Part shown: one piece after another, positions 12,278 through 23,661 of the stretch
Layout: the number at the start of each line of letters is the position of its first letter
Position numbering within the stretch: the stretch's first letter is position 1
Origin: Eledone cirrhosa
Lineage: Eukaryota
Assembly (NCBI GenBank): GCA_964016885.1
Contig: OZ024743.1
Location: 26,598,001-26,662,000, forward strand
DNA length: 64,000 nucleotides
Direction of reading: 5' to 3'
Position numbers and translations under genes: made by a program
Notes under the pieces: generated by a model
Told to the model about the DNA's origin: nothing
Databases searched by the model: none
What the model saw: the letters and a program-made list of their open reading frames with translations, nothing else

Positions 12278-13533
12278 GTGAGCAGTTGAGTCAGTGTTTT
12301 CATATAGAATACACTGTGCTGTGGTGTTATGCATGCCTCTCTGTTATCTCAGTCAGCTTGAATGTGTACTATTTTGTCTCCAGAATTAGATATCATCATC
12401 ATCATCATCATTGCTGTCGTCGTATTTAATGGCCTTTTTCTCCACTAGCAAGGGTTGGATAGGTTACCACAGACCAAGTCAGTACTTAATTAAAGCCACT
12501 TATCTCTCAGGGGGGCCAGGAACCACATCTTGCTTACATGCATTCTTGCATTCTACAGAATGCATTTTACATTTTATCAAGGCACCAATACTAAAACGTT
12601 TGTCATGCCCTTGACACAATTAAAGAGTCTTCTTCTCAACCCTTTTTTGGCATAGTTTCTACAGCTAGATGCTCTTCCTGTCACCAACCACCTTGCAGGG
12701 TGTATTGGGTGTATTTTTCATGGCACTAACTCTAAGAATGATTGTCATGGTGTGACTGAAGACTCTTTACAAAAAGAATATAACTAGACCAACTTATATC
12801 TGTCACCAACATTTTAAATATACTTCTCCCATTGATATCTTGATTCTAAATCTATTTTCACCAATATAGTGTAGAGTATTGGTCAACTTTGTGTCCACAC
12901 AGTATTTTTTTTCTAGCTAAATAAACCAAACTATTAAACTCTTTCATTTCCATATTTCTAATGAAAGATGCTACCTATGATTTTCAAATAAATTTGAAAA
13001 TAATCAAGAATTTGGAAAAATTCTGTAATATAACTAACTCTCTCATTATTAAATTAGGCTTTTGAGTATAACTTAAAGTTGCTTACATAAAATTATGATG
13101 GAAAGATTTTTAGAGAAATTTAAACATTTTAAAACAAACATTTTTGTGTTATAGAATCAGGTGGTTTCAGGTGGTTTGATATCAAAAGAGTTTATATCTA
13201 ATTTCCTTTATCCTCTATTATTTATTTATTTATTTTACATATAGTTTCCATTTATCTAAATACAAGCCATCTAGTCTTTGTTGGTTAAAAAATTAATATC
13301 AAATCAATTATAAACTTCAGATACTGTGTGTAAGAAATCAATATTAATCCGATTAGTGTATGACCAAATCAATAAAAGACTGACAAAATGACTTATGGTA
13401 TTTAGATCAGTTTCTTTGTTCTGAGTTCATATCCCACTGGAGTTAACTTTCAATTACATTTTCATCCCTCTTGGGTTGAAAAAATAAGTCCCACTTCCTT
13501 TCTAGCTAAATAAAGCTGATGTTTAGTATACTA

Positions 13534-13819
13534 CTAGACCACCCGTGACCCGTTGGGTCACATTCACTTCAAAATATAAAAAAAAATTCATGTTCACTTA
13601 AAAATAATTTTTAAATAATTAAAATATACACAGACGTATATAATATGAAATGAAACTGGAAGGCCTATATATATATATATACATGTGTGTATGTATATAT
13701 ATAAATGTGTGTATACTTATATGTATTTGTGTGTGTTTATATATATGTGGGTGTTTGTGATCTATATACACTGGTCAAAGACACACACACACACACATAT
13801 ATATATATACACACACACA

Positions 13820-13858
<39 letters not shown>

Positions 13859-13989
13859 GTTTCTACTTTAGGCACAAGGCCAGCAATGACCCAGTGCATT
13901 ACTGGTACTTTATTTTATCGACCTCGATATATATATATAATGATTATATATATATATATATAATATATATATTATATATATAATGATTA

Positions 13990-14024
<35 letters not shown>

Positions 14025-14027
14025 ATC

Positions 14028-14065
<38 letters not shown>

Positions 14066-15602
14066 GATTATATATAATGATAAGAAACGAAAGGAGCTGT
14101 GTGGTTACAAGATCCGGATGTTTTAAATAAGTGCCGAAACATCTGGATTGTGGATTACAGCGACGAAGGATTCTTTCTTCTTTTCTCCTCTTGTTCCGTC
14201 CAAACCACCATCCTAAACTCTCTCTCTCTCTCTCTCTATGTATATGTGTGTGTATATATATATATATGTGTATATATATATATGTGTGTATATATATATG
14301 CATGTATGGTGGCTGCCAACTCGTTTTCGAGTACGGCCACTACTTTATATCCATGTAGGAGAACTCCTACCGATGCGCTGAACGTGTGTGACTTTTTAGT
14401 CCAGCCAGCGACTTGAAAACTCTTGTACAAACACTACACTTGTGACAATTATTGACACATAGTGCTAGGCCCATGGTACCATGTGAGGACAAGTGCAGAG
14501 AGATCTCCAGATATAAAGCAGTGCCTGTGCCGTGAAGCTTTTATAGTGATGAAAGGCACTGCACAACGCCAGTCCCACTCTCTTAACCAAGATGATATTT
14601 ACCAAAAAGAAGAACAAGTCAACATCATTGGATACCATCAGGGTTGCAGGTGTTATATCAGAGTTTTCCTTCTCCTAGAATTCTGCCTTGACAAAGGCTA
14701 AGGGGCATCTCTCTCGGTGATTTTGGATGGCCATTGACTCTTAAGAGCTCCTTTGCCCTTTGACAGGTTTTGTTTTTAGTCCTGCAGGATGTCCAAAGTC
14801 TCCCTCCTCACCAAGAAACCTTGGTGGCGTTGCCAGTTTAGTCACCAACGACACGACCATGAGACAGGTTGTACTGGGATACATGTTACCAGTAGCACCA
14901 ACTGGTGACCTGACATATGCGTGTATATATCATCATCATCATCATCATCATTTCATTTTACGTCCACTTTTCCCTGCTTGCAAGGGTGGGACGGGAACTG
15001 ATTCTGGCTTGATTTCTACAGCTGGATGCCCTTCCTAACACCAACCTCATTTACAGTGAGTGCTGGGTGCTTTTTTGCCGTGGCACCTCCACGACCACTT
15101 TGCAGTGGAATGATAGGGACTCAAGTCCCTATCATCTCATTTCTACAGCTGAGTAAACTGGAGCAATGTGAAATAAAGTGTCTTGCTCAAGGAAACAACA
15201 CATCACCCGGTCTGAGAATTGAACTCACAACCTTTCGATTGCAAGGCCAATGCTCTAACCACTAAGCCATGTATATACACATACACAACAACAACACCAC
15301 CATCACCAGCTCTCTCTCTTCCATTCTCCTCTGTTTCCTCTCCCTCTTTCTATGTTTCTCTTTCAATCTACTCTCTCACAACCACTATCTTTCTCTCTCT
15401 CTGTTTATGAAGCTACCCAGAAAAACCCCATATCTCGGGAACCCGTGGTCCGATTTACGCGAAACCTGTTTTATTCCATTTATATCCCCATTTCAGGGTC
15501 AACTTCTTTTCAAATTTTTTTACCATTATGTGCCCTTTTGGCTGTATTACATTACAGACAAGCAAGTAAGCAAGCAATCGCAGAGTTTTAGTAGTATATA
15601 GA
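13534..15602 (-). mobile_element. Non-autonomous Helitron carrying nested SINEs and microsatellites
   Basis: Minus strand begins A|TCTATATACTAC at 15602 and ends GTGACCC-AAC-GGGTCAC hairpin, 7 nt, CTAG|T at 13534; no TSD. Confidence 0.75.
14930..15272 (-). mobile_element. tRNA-derived SINE (CORE-like middle, RTE-derived tail)
   Basis: Minus strand: tggcttagtggtta (A box), gagttcaattctc (B box), ccttgagcaagacacttt, tail cccacccttgcaagcagggaaaagtggacgtaaaa, (GAT)n; near-identical to 30353-30695. Confidence 0.88.
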
Positions 15603-15821
15603 TTTAACCATTTCATTTCCTTATTTCTAATGGTTAAATGTGTAACTCATAGAGTGTGTAACACATGAACTTAGCTTAGTGTAGTAATAAAATGTGTAAC
15701 ACCCACAGTATGTTATACATGGAACATGAAATTTTATTGTTGCAATATGGAGTAGAACTGGCTGAATTGTGATTTGATTATGTAATTTACCCTTTATTTT
15801 TATCTCATTCTACACATGAAG

Positions 15822-15927
15822 GCCGGGGAAATATGGTTTTGTGGAACGAGTTATTGATGGAATTTATGTTCATATAAATTCACTCCAAGTCAACTTCCGC
15901 TCGAAAACATTCCAGGCATCCTTGCAG
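15822..15927 (+). CDS. BLTP3B: BLTP3 exon 3 (RPGKYGFVERVIDGIYVHINSLQVNFRSKTFQASLQ)
   Basis: Less common aag acceptor, gtaagt donor, 106 nt, phase 2/0; matches YGF.EKV.EG. Confidence 0.88.
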
Positions 15928-16547
15928 GTAAGTAAAGCAGGTTTTACCTTCTGTTCTGAGTCACTAGATAAATAAAATGGTTCTTAATGTAAAGGATTTT
16001 TGTTAGTATCTATATTCCAAACCCTTCTGTATATTATTTTGTGTACTTAGCTGATAAGTACATATCAATTCTACTGGTAATACTTGAGTGGTTGAATTAA
16101 AGTCAAGCTTCTTAATAGACACATTAAGAAAAAGAAAAAAGACCTTGATGGTAGATTTAATCTGTCATCTGGTTTAACTCTCTTATGGCTGTATTTCCAG
16201 TGGAATACATTTTATTTCTATTAATTAACTCTTTTGATACCAACATGGCCAAAATTCTATGAAACAAAACCACCTAATTTAAGGAGTTTCTATTTAAATT
16301 AAAATTTGCCAACATAACTTGATTTGAGAATCAAATGTTAAGTTATTATTTTAATAATGAAATTATTAATAATTTTAGTAAATCCCACCCAAATTTTTAT
16401 TTAGTTAATAATGAAATATTTTCATGAAATGGTTAATGAAGATTTTGTAAATCTACTGTTTCAATGTTTGTATTTATAAGGACTTTTAAAAAAAGGTACT
16501 CATTGCAAATTATGTTGGAAAGTTTTAATCTAAATAAGAATCCTTTA

Positions 16548-16766
16548 GCCTTTTAGCATTTGCATTACTATTTACTATTGAATTTTCGCTGTAAAGGCTT
16601 TTCTTTACATAATTATCTCACATAATATCAAATCCATGAGATTTTGATATTTATTTTGAGGGCAATACCTTAATGTCAGTATGAGTGGTTTGTTACGGCC
16701 AGTTTGAACAGAAAGATGTGAGAGAATTCTGGCCAGATATGGCTGGTTTAAATGCTAAAGGGTTAA
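16548..16766. mobile_element. piggyBac-like MITE
   Basis: Terminal cttttagcattt ... aaatgctaaagggTTAA; same family as 48520-48735. Confidence 0.7.
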
Positions 16767-17089
16767 TATCACCATCTGACTCTGAAGTAACATGAGTCAT
16801 GGATTCAAATTCCATTCAAAGCCTTTCATGCTTCTGACCAAGGTATAAAAAAAATTAATGAAATTTTTCATCTTTAATTTTCTCATAAAGTCTTAATCAT
16901 TTGTTCTAGAATAGAGATATATTTCTAAATTTGTAAATCTGTTTAACTGATTAAAAAACAAATGACTTGTACTTGTGTTGGAATTCAACCAACTTAGGTA
17001 GAGCTGGCTCCAACCAGTGTATCCACAGCACCATGAACAGTCTTTGTTATAACAATATATTTTTCTGTATATTTATTTTTCTTTGGTAG

Positions 17090-17333
17090 ATGTCTCGGGT
17101 GAAAGTTCACAGCGTGACTCCAACATGGCAGGTCACACCTGATCTCCGTGTCACTCGACTCAAAGACATTTCTCGGGGGGAGGTAATTATCTTTAAAGAG
17201 GTTGATTGGCAGGCTACACGCATCGAAGCTCAAGCAGTTGACACGATGGTGAAGGGGGTGATAACTCAAACACCAATTAGACTAATTGCCAATCAGGCCA
17301 AATTAAGGATCGCTGTGAAGAAAAATATGAATG
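17090..17333 (+). CDS. BLTP3B: BLTP3 exon 4 (MSRVKVHSVTPTWQ...AVKKNMN)
   Basis: ggtag acceptor, gtaag donor, 244 nt, phase 0/1; within ORF 17090..17374. Confidence 0.93.
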
Positions 17334-17427
17334 GTAAGAATATTCCTGAATATTTCATGATTTCATGTCTTTAGAAACCTTTTGTTTGTGATATTTTATT
17401 TCCTGAAAATGTCTATGCATTACATAT

Positions 17428-17980
17428 ATGTATAAAAAAGTGCAGGACAATCAAAATTAGTGGAAGCTATGGAGTAGGTAGACCCAGAAAGACCTGGGAC
17501 GAGGTGTTAAAAGCTGACCTTGCACACTTGAACCTCTCTAAGACAATGACACAGGATCGAGATCTTTGGTGCTATGCAGTAATATAGAAGACCCGCTTTC
17601 TCTTGCGCACGGACTTATACTTACACTCAGTATGCACCGCTTAATCCAATATACACTCCACACCCCCTACACCACCCTTTCTCTGTAAAGTTATGTTAGT
17701 GCCACAAAATACCCAGCCCACACTGTAAAGTGGTTGTGTAGGTGTCACGACAAAAAGCACCTAGTCCACACTGTAAAGGGTTGTGTAAGAGACACGGCAA
17801 AAAGCACCCAGCATACACTGTAAATGTGATTGGTGTTAGGAAGGGCATCCAGCCGTAGAAAACCAGCCAGAAACAGTTGTATACAAGCGAGACACGGTCA
17901 CCCGACCCATCTTGCCTCAAATGGGACAAACCTGTCTAATTCATGCTAGCGTGGAAGATAGACGTTAAATGATGATGATA
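17428..17980 (+). mobile_element. RTE LINE 3' fragment with tail
   Basis: Homologous to 10086-10618. Confidence 0.85.
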
Positions 17981-19018
17981 TATTGAAAAAATTTATAAAG
18001 CACCATATTTCAGATTTTCTGATGAAAATACAATTAGAATGTTTTTTGGTCCAATTTTAATTTTTTTCATTAGTATTACATATAAGAATAGAAATTCAAA
18101 ATTAAATTGAGTATTAAAATTAAATTTAAATTAGTATTAAAATTAAATTTAGTATTAAAATTAAATTTAAATTAGTATTAAAATTAAATTTAAATTTAGT
18201 CAAAATTAATTTAGTACTTACAGAAATCTGTAACAAAATGCAGGTTGTGCTTCAATATTTTGGAATAACCTACTGTTATAAGATATGTAGAAATTAAAAG
18301 TTAGGAATTCATTTGCATTATTAGCTCTGCCATTGTAACACCGAAAGATTTAAACATGCAATATTATTGGCTCTATGAAGTGGAATAGTGAGAATGATAT
18401 TCCTTTGATTTTGAAATGAGTCAAGTCAGCAGGTAGTGCTGATGTCGTCATTTGTGGTCTTGTTGTGTTGGAATTCTTACAATTCATGCAATTTGGGTTA
18501 ATTGTATGTACACATAGAACAAATAATGGTTTCTTATGTAGGCACAAGGCTAGCAATTTTTGGAGAGGGGGAAGTCGATTAAATTGACCCCAGTGCATAA
18601 CTGGTACTTTATTTTATCGACCCTGTAAGGATGAAAGGCAAGAGGATTGGAGGTTGAACAAGATAAAAGTTAAAGTAGCAGTCATTATCAAAAACCACAA
18701 GTACCAATACTGATATCAATTCAAACCATGGGTGTACAAAAGGCACAGTAAGATGCCTGATAAGATGAACTGAGAACCTAAACTTAAGGTACATCAGAAA
18801 TATTAAATATGTAGCTATGAAATAAATGCTCTATACTACTCACTCAAAGTTGCTACTATACTCAGTTGTTAAAGAAACATTTTCTCTTTGTATAAATAAC
18901 TGGCTATTTGTGTCAATTGTATATCTATGTATATACAGGTTTGTATAATGCTGCATAATCACACACACACACACATACTTACATACTTACTTATGTACAT
19001 TTCTGTGTCTTGTTACAG

Positions 19019-19182
19019 ACTGTAGCATTATTTCATCCCGAGTGATCCTACTGTTAGATGATCTACTATGGGTGCTAACTGAAACTCAGCTGAAAGCAGC
19101 TTTATTGTATGCAACATCACTACAGGAAGTCATTGAGAAATCTGCTCGACAAAGCCAGCAACTGGCAGCAGAAAAGTTAACG
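19019..19182 (+). CDS. BLTP3B: BLTP3 exon 5 (DCSIISSRVILLLDDLLWVLTETQLKA...AAEKLT)
   Basis: ttacag acceptor, gtttga donor, 164 nt, phase 1/0. Confidence 0.92.
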
Positions 19183-19309
19183 GTTTGATATTTTTTTTCT
19201 CTCTCTCTGTATATTATCTATAGGCCAATTGGCTGTGTCATTAGTGCATAGGACAAAATACTTTATAGTGTTTATTCTGACTCTCTGCATTCTGAGCTCA
19301 TATTTACCT

Positions 19310-20400
19310 TTTATTTCTTTGGAGTTGGTCTGCCAGAACACTCTATTTGTTGATCTGAAGTCAGATTCCAGCTTAGCTCCCATGTCACCTTTACTGTCTC
19401 TGCTGCAACTTTTCGTATCTGCTTGTACCACAAGTGCAAAAAAGAGGACTTTTTCTAAGTCAAGCTTTGTAAGCATTCTTTATTCAGATGGCATTGTAAA
19501 CCACTTGATTGAACCAAAGGGGTCTTCCTGTCATCCAGCGCCACACCAAACCTATTTCACCCACAGCATTTAACATTTAAAGCAGAAATTGCCGAGCTGA
19601 ACAGTTTCCATTCTGTTTCAATATCCTCAGTTTGCTTAGGGAGTTCTCTGAATTTGAATACAATAGTATTTGCAAACTTGTTCCTGATTTCCTTATCTGC
19701 CAATACTTCCCACTTTATCCTGTAGGTCAAGCTGGACCTGTCAGTTTTGTGTGCTTCCTTGACTTTAGATGGTGATCAGTTGACAGCTCAACCCCTCTCT
19801 TAACATGAACATCTAGCAAAGAATAAAAGCAATTAGAAACAATAAAAAAATTAATTTTTGATCTCTTTCTCTGATTCCCCTTATACCTGTATTTATGGAT
19901 GTCCTTGTGCTGCAAGGTCTTCATAATAGAGACCCCATTACTAGAACAGAAGTCTTATAATGCCTCTCCATTTGTATTTAGGTCAGGATGGCCATTCCTT
20001 CCAATCACTCCTTTCCATATCAGCTAGTCAGTTATAACTTTCAGTCTTAACTACATCTAAATGCTGTAGTGATTTCATCAAGGAAGGATCTGTATAGGGG
20101 CTCTCTGTTTGGTACATAAACTTGCACCACCCCACAGAGATCTTCCTTTTAGCCTCAGCTAATTCTCCCTCCCAATGGGATCCAGTCCATACACATTCTG
20201 ACAGCTGGGGGCTTATGAGTATCCCCACTCCCACCTGTGCGGTCTTTTCTGGTGCCACACCTGAATAGTGGAGTTTCCATCCTTCATCCAAATCTTCAAT
20301 ACCAGAGCCATGGCATTTTGTTGAGGAACCCCCAACTATATCTAGTTGGAAGCATCTGGCCTCCTCTTGCTCCTTGCCTGTGAGAGTCATAGTTACATCT
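19310..20400 (-). mobile_element. Decayed RTE (Expander/Rex3-like) APE endonuclease region
   Basis: TLTGKEQE...LDIVG.SSTK..GSG...GWKLHYSGV...AQVGVGILISPQL; DVHVKRGVELSTDHHL. Confidence 0.85.
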
Positions 20401-20738
20401 CTGGGTTGTGAGAGTTTTCTTGGGAACTAACAGCATCACCTATTGCTCTATATCCCCTTGTAGTTTACTGCTGTTAGTCTTGGGTTGCTTATTTGTCTGA
20501 CTACAGCCCACTTATATCACAACTAACCATTATTGTTGGTGGCTGTATCACTATCCACTACCTGTGACCCATTCTCTAGCAGAACAGTTCTGCCGAGAAT
20601 GATATTGTCTCATAAGGTAATTGATATTGTTTGTGATCATTAACATAAAAAACATGAGGTTGTGTGGTAAAATAATAAGTTATGTTATTATCATGTAACC
20701 TAAACTACAGGTTTTCATTTAATATATATTTTTTTCAG

Positions 20739-20919
20739 AAACAAGGCCATATTGCTTCAGACCAGCTGAAAAGGATCCAGATGATGAAACAGGCCAAAGG
20801 TGTTCACCCGTCGAAGGCTTCTCGTGTGTTTTCCAAGTTTGATGTTCTATCCACCTCCTATCACCTCATCACCAGTCGTATTGACCTGCATCTCTGTGAT
20901 GATATGCAACCACGCAAAG
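20739..20919 (+). CDS. BLTP3B: BLTP3 exon 6 (KQGHIASD...SYHLITSRIDLHLCDDMQPRK)
   Basis: tttttcag acceptor, gtgatt donor, 181 nt, phase 0/1. Confidence 0.92.
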
Positions 20920-21109
20920 GTGATTAACTAATTTGTAGTGTTCTCTCTAGGTGGTCGATTTGGCAGAGATGTTAGGGCATTGGATATTTGTTCTGGGCTT
21001 CTGTATTTGGAGTGCAACTCCTACCAAGGTCTCACTTTACTTTTCATCTTATCGAGGACAATAATTAAAGTACCGGCCTAGTACTTGTGCAGCCATCTCT
21101 CCTTCTAGC

Positions 21110-21530
21110 TGTCACATCTTGGATGTTCTCTTGCAGGGAGTTGAGAGTGTGTTCATACCTGTTTGCAGTTTTATAGTATTCAGAAGCTCAGTAAGGAAAC
21201 ATCCTGTATTTGTACAAAGCTACTCAATGAAGGTTTTTGCTGGATGGCTAATCAGTGTATATCCAAGTTGTGGAGTCCATAGAAACTTATCACTAACAAG
21301 TTCTTGCTTAGCTCTCCAAATACTGCATAAGTGCATATGTTTCCCTCTAATGACATCAGTGATTGTTGTACCATCTTTGTTTGGTCAGATTCTCCTACAA
21401 GACATTCAGAATGGCCCAGAATATGCAGGCGTGTGTCATCAAGCCTTGCGTTCGCATGTCTCCTGAGAGACCAGGTAGTGGACCCATGCAATAGCACTGT
21501 TTCCACTGGCCTCGAAGAAGCTTCTCTTAA
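21110..21530 (-). mobile_element. Old RTE-like LINE fragment
   Basis: ETVLLHGSTTWSL...ARLD motif. Confidence 0.6.
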
Positions 21531-22117
21531 GATCTCAGAGAATTAACAGAATTCATTTGTCAGAAATCTGTCACAAGTGAATTCATAGATTCTATCTTAA
21601 ATAACATTCATGCCATAATATCAATAATAATGTCATTTTTAGAATCTCTTGATAGCCATGAACTTGAAACTTGGAAACATAATTTCATGTGACATGGCTA
21701 TTGTTTCATATGGATTCCTTATATCTTTATAGGCGGTGTGTTGACAATTGTTAGAACGTCAGGTAGAATGATTTGTGGTATTCATTTCGTCTCCCTGCTC
21801 TCTGAGTTCAAATCTCACTGGGGTCAGCTTTATCTTTTATCTAGGTTGATAAAAAAAAGTACCGGTCTAGTTCTGGGGGTCAATTCTTCCTCTATATCTC
21901 CTTCTCACTCTCTTTATCCTTTTCTGGAAGAAATCTGCTGTATTTCAGACCTGGAGAGGAGATGTGCTCTGCCAGGTTTAAAGATACCTTAAAAATACTG
22001 TATGTCACTACAGTGCCCTTACAATTCTCTCAGAAGTTACGGGACCATGCATATATATGTTTATAATTGATCAAGTTTAATGTAGTTAAACATTGTTTCA
22101 TGGCTTATATTTTCCAG

Positions 22118-22213
22118 ATACAGCCTCAACACATTGTTCTAAAATTGAGGGCGGTGCAATGCAGGTGACACTCAATAAGTTGTCCCTTGATTATTATCCC
22201 TTCAACCCGGCAG
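22118..22213 (+). CDS. BLTP3B: BLTP3 exon 7 (DTASTHCSKIEGGAMQVTLNKLSLDYYPFNPA)
   Basis: tttccag acceptor, gtaatt donor, 96 nt, phase 1/1. Confidence 0.92.
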
Positions 22214-23042
22214 GTAATTTAAAACATTTACTCTGTTCACTTTTTGAATGGATTACATAATTGCTTTGTGTTATTTGCTTCACTATTTTGGCAACATTTT
22301 ATAGAATTTGTCTCTTTCTGTAGACCTTTAGAGGGATGTTGTTTGATGACTCAAAACCTTTTGTGAATTTCTTGGGTTTTAATTAATCAGAAATTGGTGA
22401 CTAATATATTTGGAATGATTTCTGTTTTGGGGAGAAGAAAATGGGCAGGAATTATTGACATTAAAAAATTACTCTTGTTGGACAATGGTTAGCATGGTTA
22501 GAGTTTATATAGTCTGCAGAATGTCCTCATAAATATGGAACAGCTGTCAGAATTGCTATATCTTATGAGTGAGATGGTGAGCTGTCTAAATGGTTGGCTT
22601 GCATGTGGGAAGCTGTCAGAATCAAATAGTTAGATCTTGTATGGAACAGTTGTCTAAATGGCTAGACAACATGTGAAAGTTGTCTAAATTACTTGACATG
22701 TAGGGAAGCTAGCAGTGACCAGACATGTAGGAAAGTGGTCTAAATTACTTGACTACATGTGAGAAAGCTATCTAAATGATGAAACTACATGAGCCAATGA
22801 GGAAGCCTCTATATGGTCTGGAATAGCAGTCAATTCTTCTAATTACACTTTACCATCTTAAAAACAAGAAGTACACATTGGATGAGGCAATCTTAGATGC
22901 ACTATATCTTGGACAAGGATGGGACGAGATGGTCACTGCTGGAATGCTTTTGGCCATAGGACTACTTGATCAGGGTTGACATAGGGCTAAACTACAACAG
23001 CACCTAGACTATATATGGGAAAACTTGTAAAATAGCTAAATG

Positions 23043-23217
23043 CAGACCTGCCAACCTCTAAAAACACAAACGAAGAGTTCCATGAAATAAAGTGCCCCAA
23101 AATGGGGAGATTTTACATAATGAAAGCTATATCCATTTTCACAAGAGAAGACATCTCTCACTCACCCCAATGTGGGTGGGATATCTCCCCATTAGATGGG
23201 GAGAATTGACAGGTCTG
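23043..23217. mobile_element. MITE with TIR CAGACCTG(C/T)CAA and 6-bp TSD TAAATG
   Basis: cagacctgccaa at 23043; ttgacaggtctg ending at 23217; TAAATG at 23037-23042 and 23218-23223. Confidence 0.7.
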
Positions 23218-23481
23218 TAAATGTCACACAGGTCAGATATTTTAATGACTTGACTAGATGTAAGACAGTTATGAGAATGAACAGCCTATATGAGGAGGTT
23301 GGTGATGCAGTTATTATACTAGCTAGATTCCATGTTGGATAATTTTAAAGTGACTAAGTAGTTTAACTTGCCACAGTGACTATTGTCTCAATGGTAATCT
23401 GTTAACTAATCCTTTTTTTGAAAATACTCAATAATTTGGAGTGATTTAGTAAAATAAATAATTTTCTCATTATTAATATTG

Positions 23482-23661
23482 CGGTGAGTTGGCAGTATCG
23501 GTAGTGTGTCGGACATGCTTTCCAGCATAGTTACGTCCCTTTACGATCTGAGTTCAAATCCCGCCGAGGTTAACTTTGCCTTTCATCCTTACGGGGTCGA
23601 TAAAATAAAGTACCAGTAATATACTGGAATAATTGCTGGCCTTGTGCCAAAAGTAGAAACA
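23482..23661 (+). mobile_element. tRNA-derived SINE (family with gagttcaaatcccgccgagg...gcctttcatcc..ggggtcgataaa) nested in a MITE
   Basis: A and B boxes; TSD ATTATTAATATTG at 23469-23481 and 23662-23674. Confidence 0.88.

Noticed and set aside
14108-14150. Hairpin ATCCGGATGTTT...AAACATCTGGAT containing GAAAC
   Set aside because: No catalytic core; cannot be assigned to any element.
15200-15272. tRNA-like sequence (also at 23482, 28906, 30620-30695 and 31880)
   Set aside because: These are SINE heads with A/B boxes running into SINE bodies; no complete cloverleaf could be drawn.
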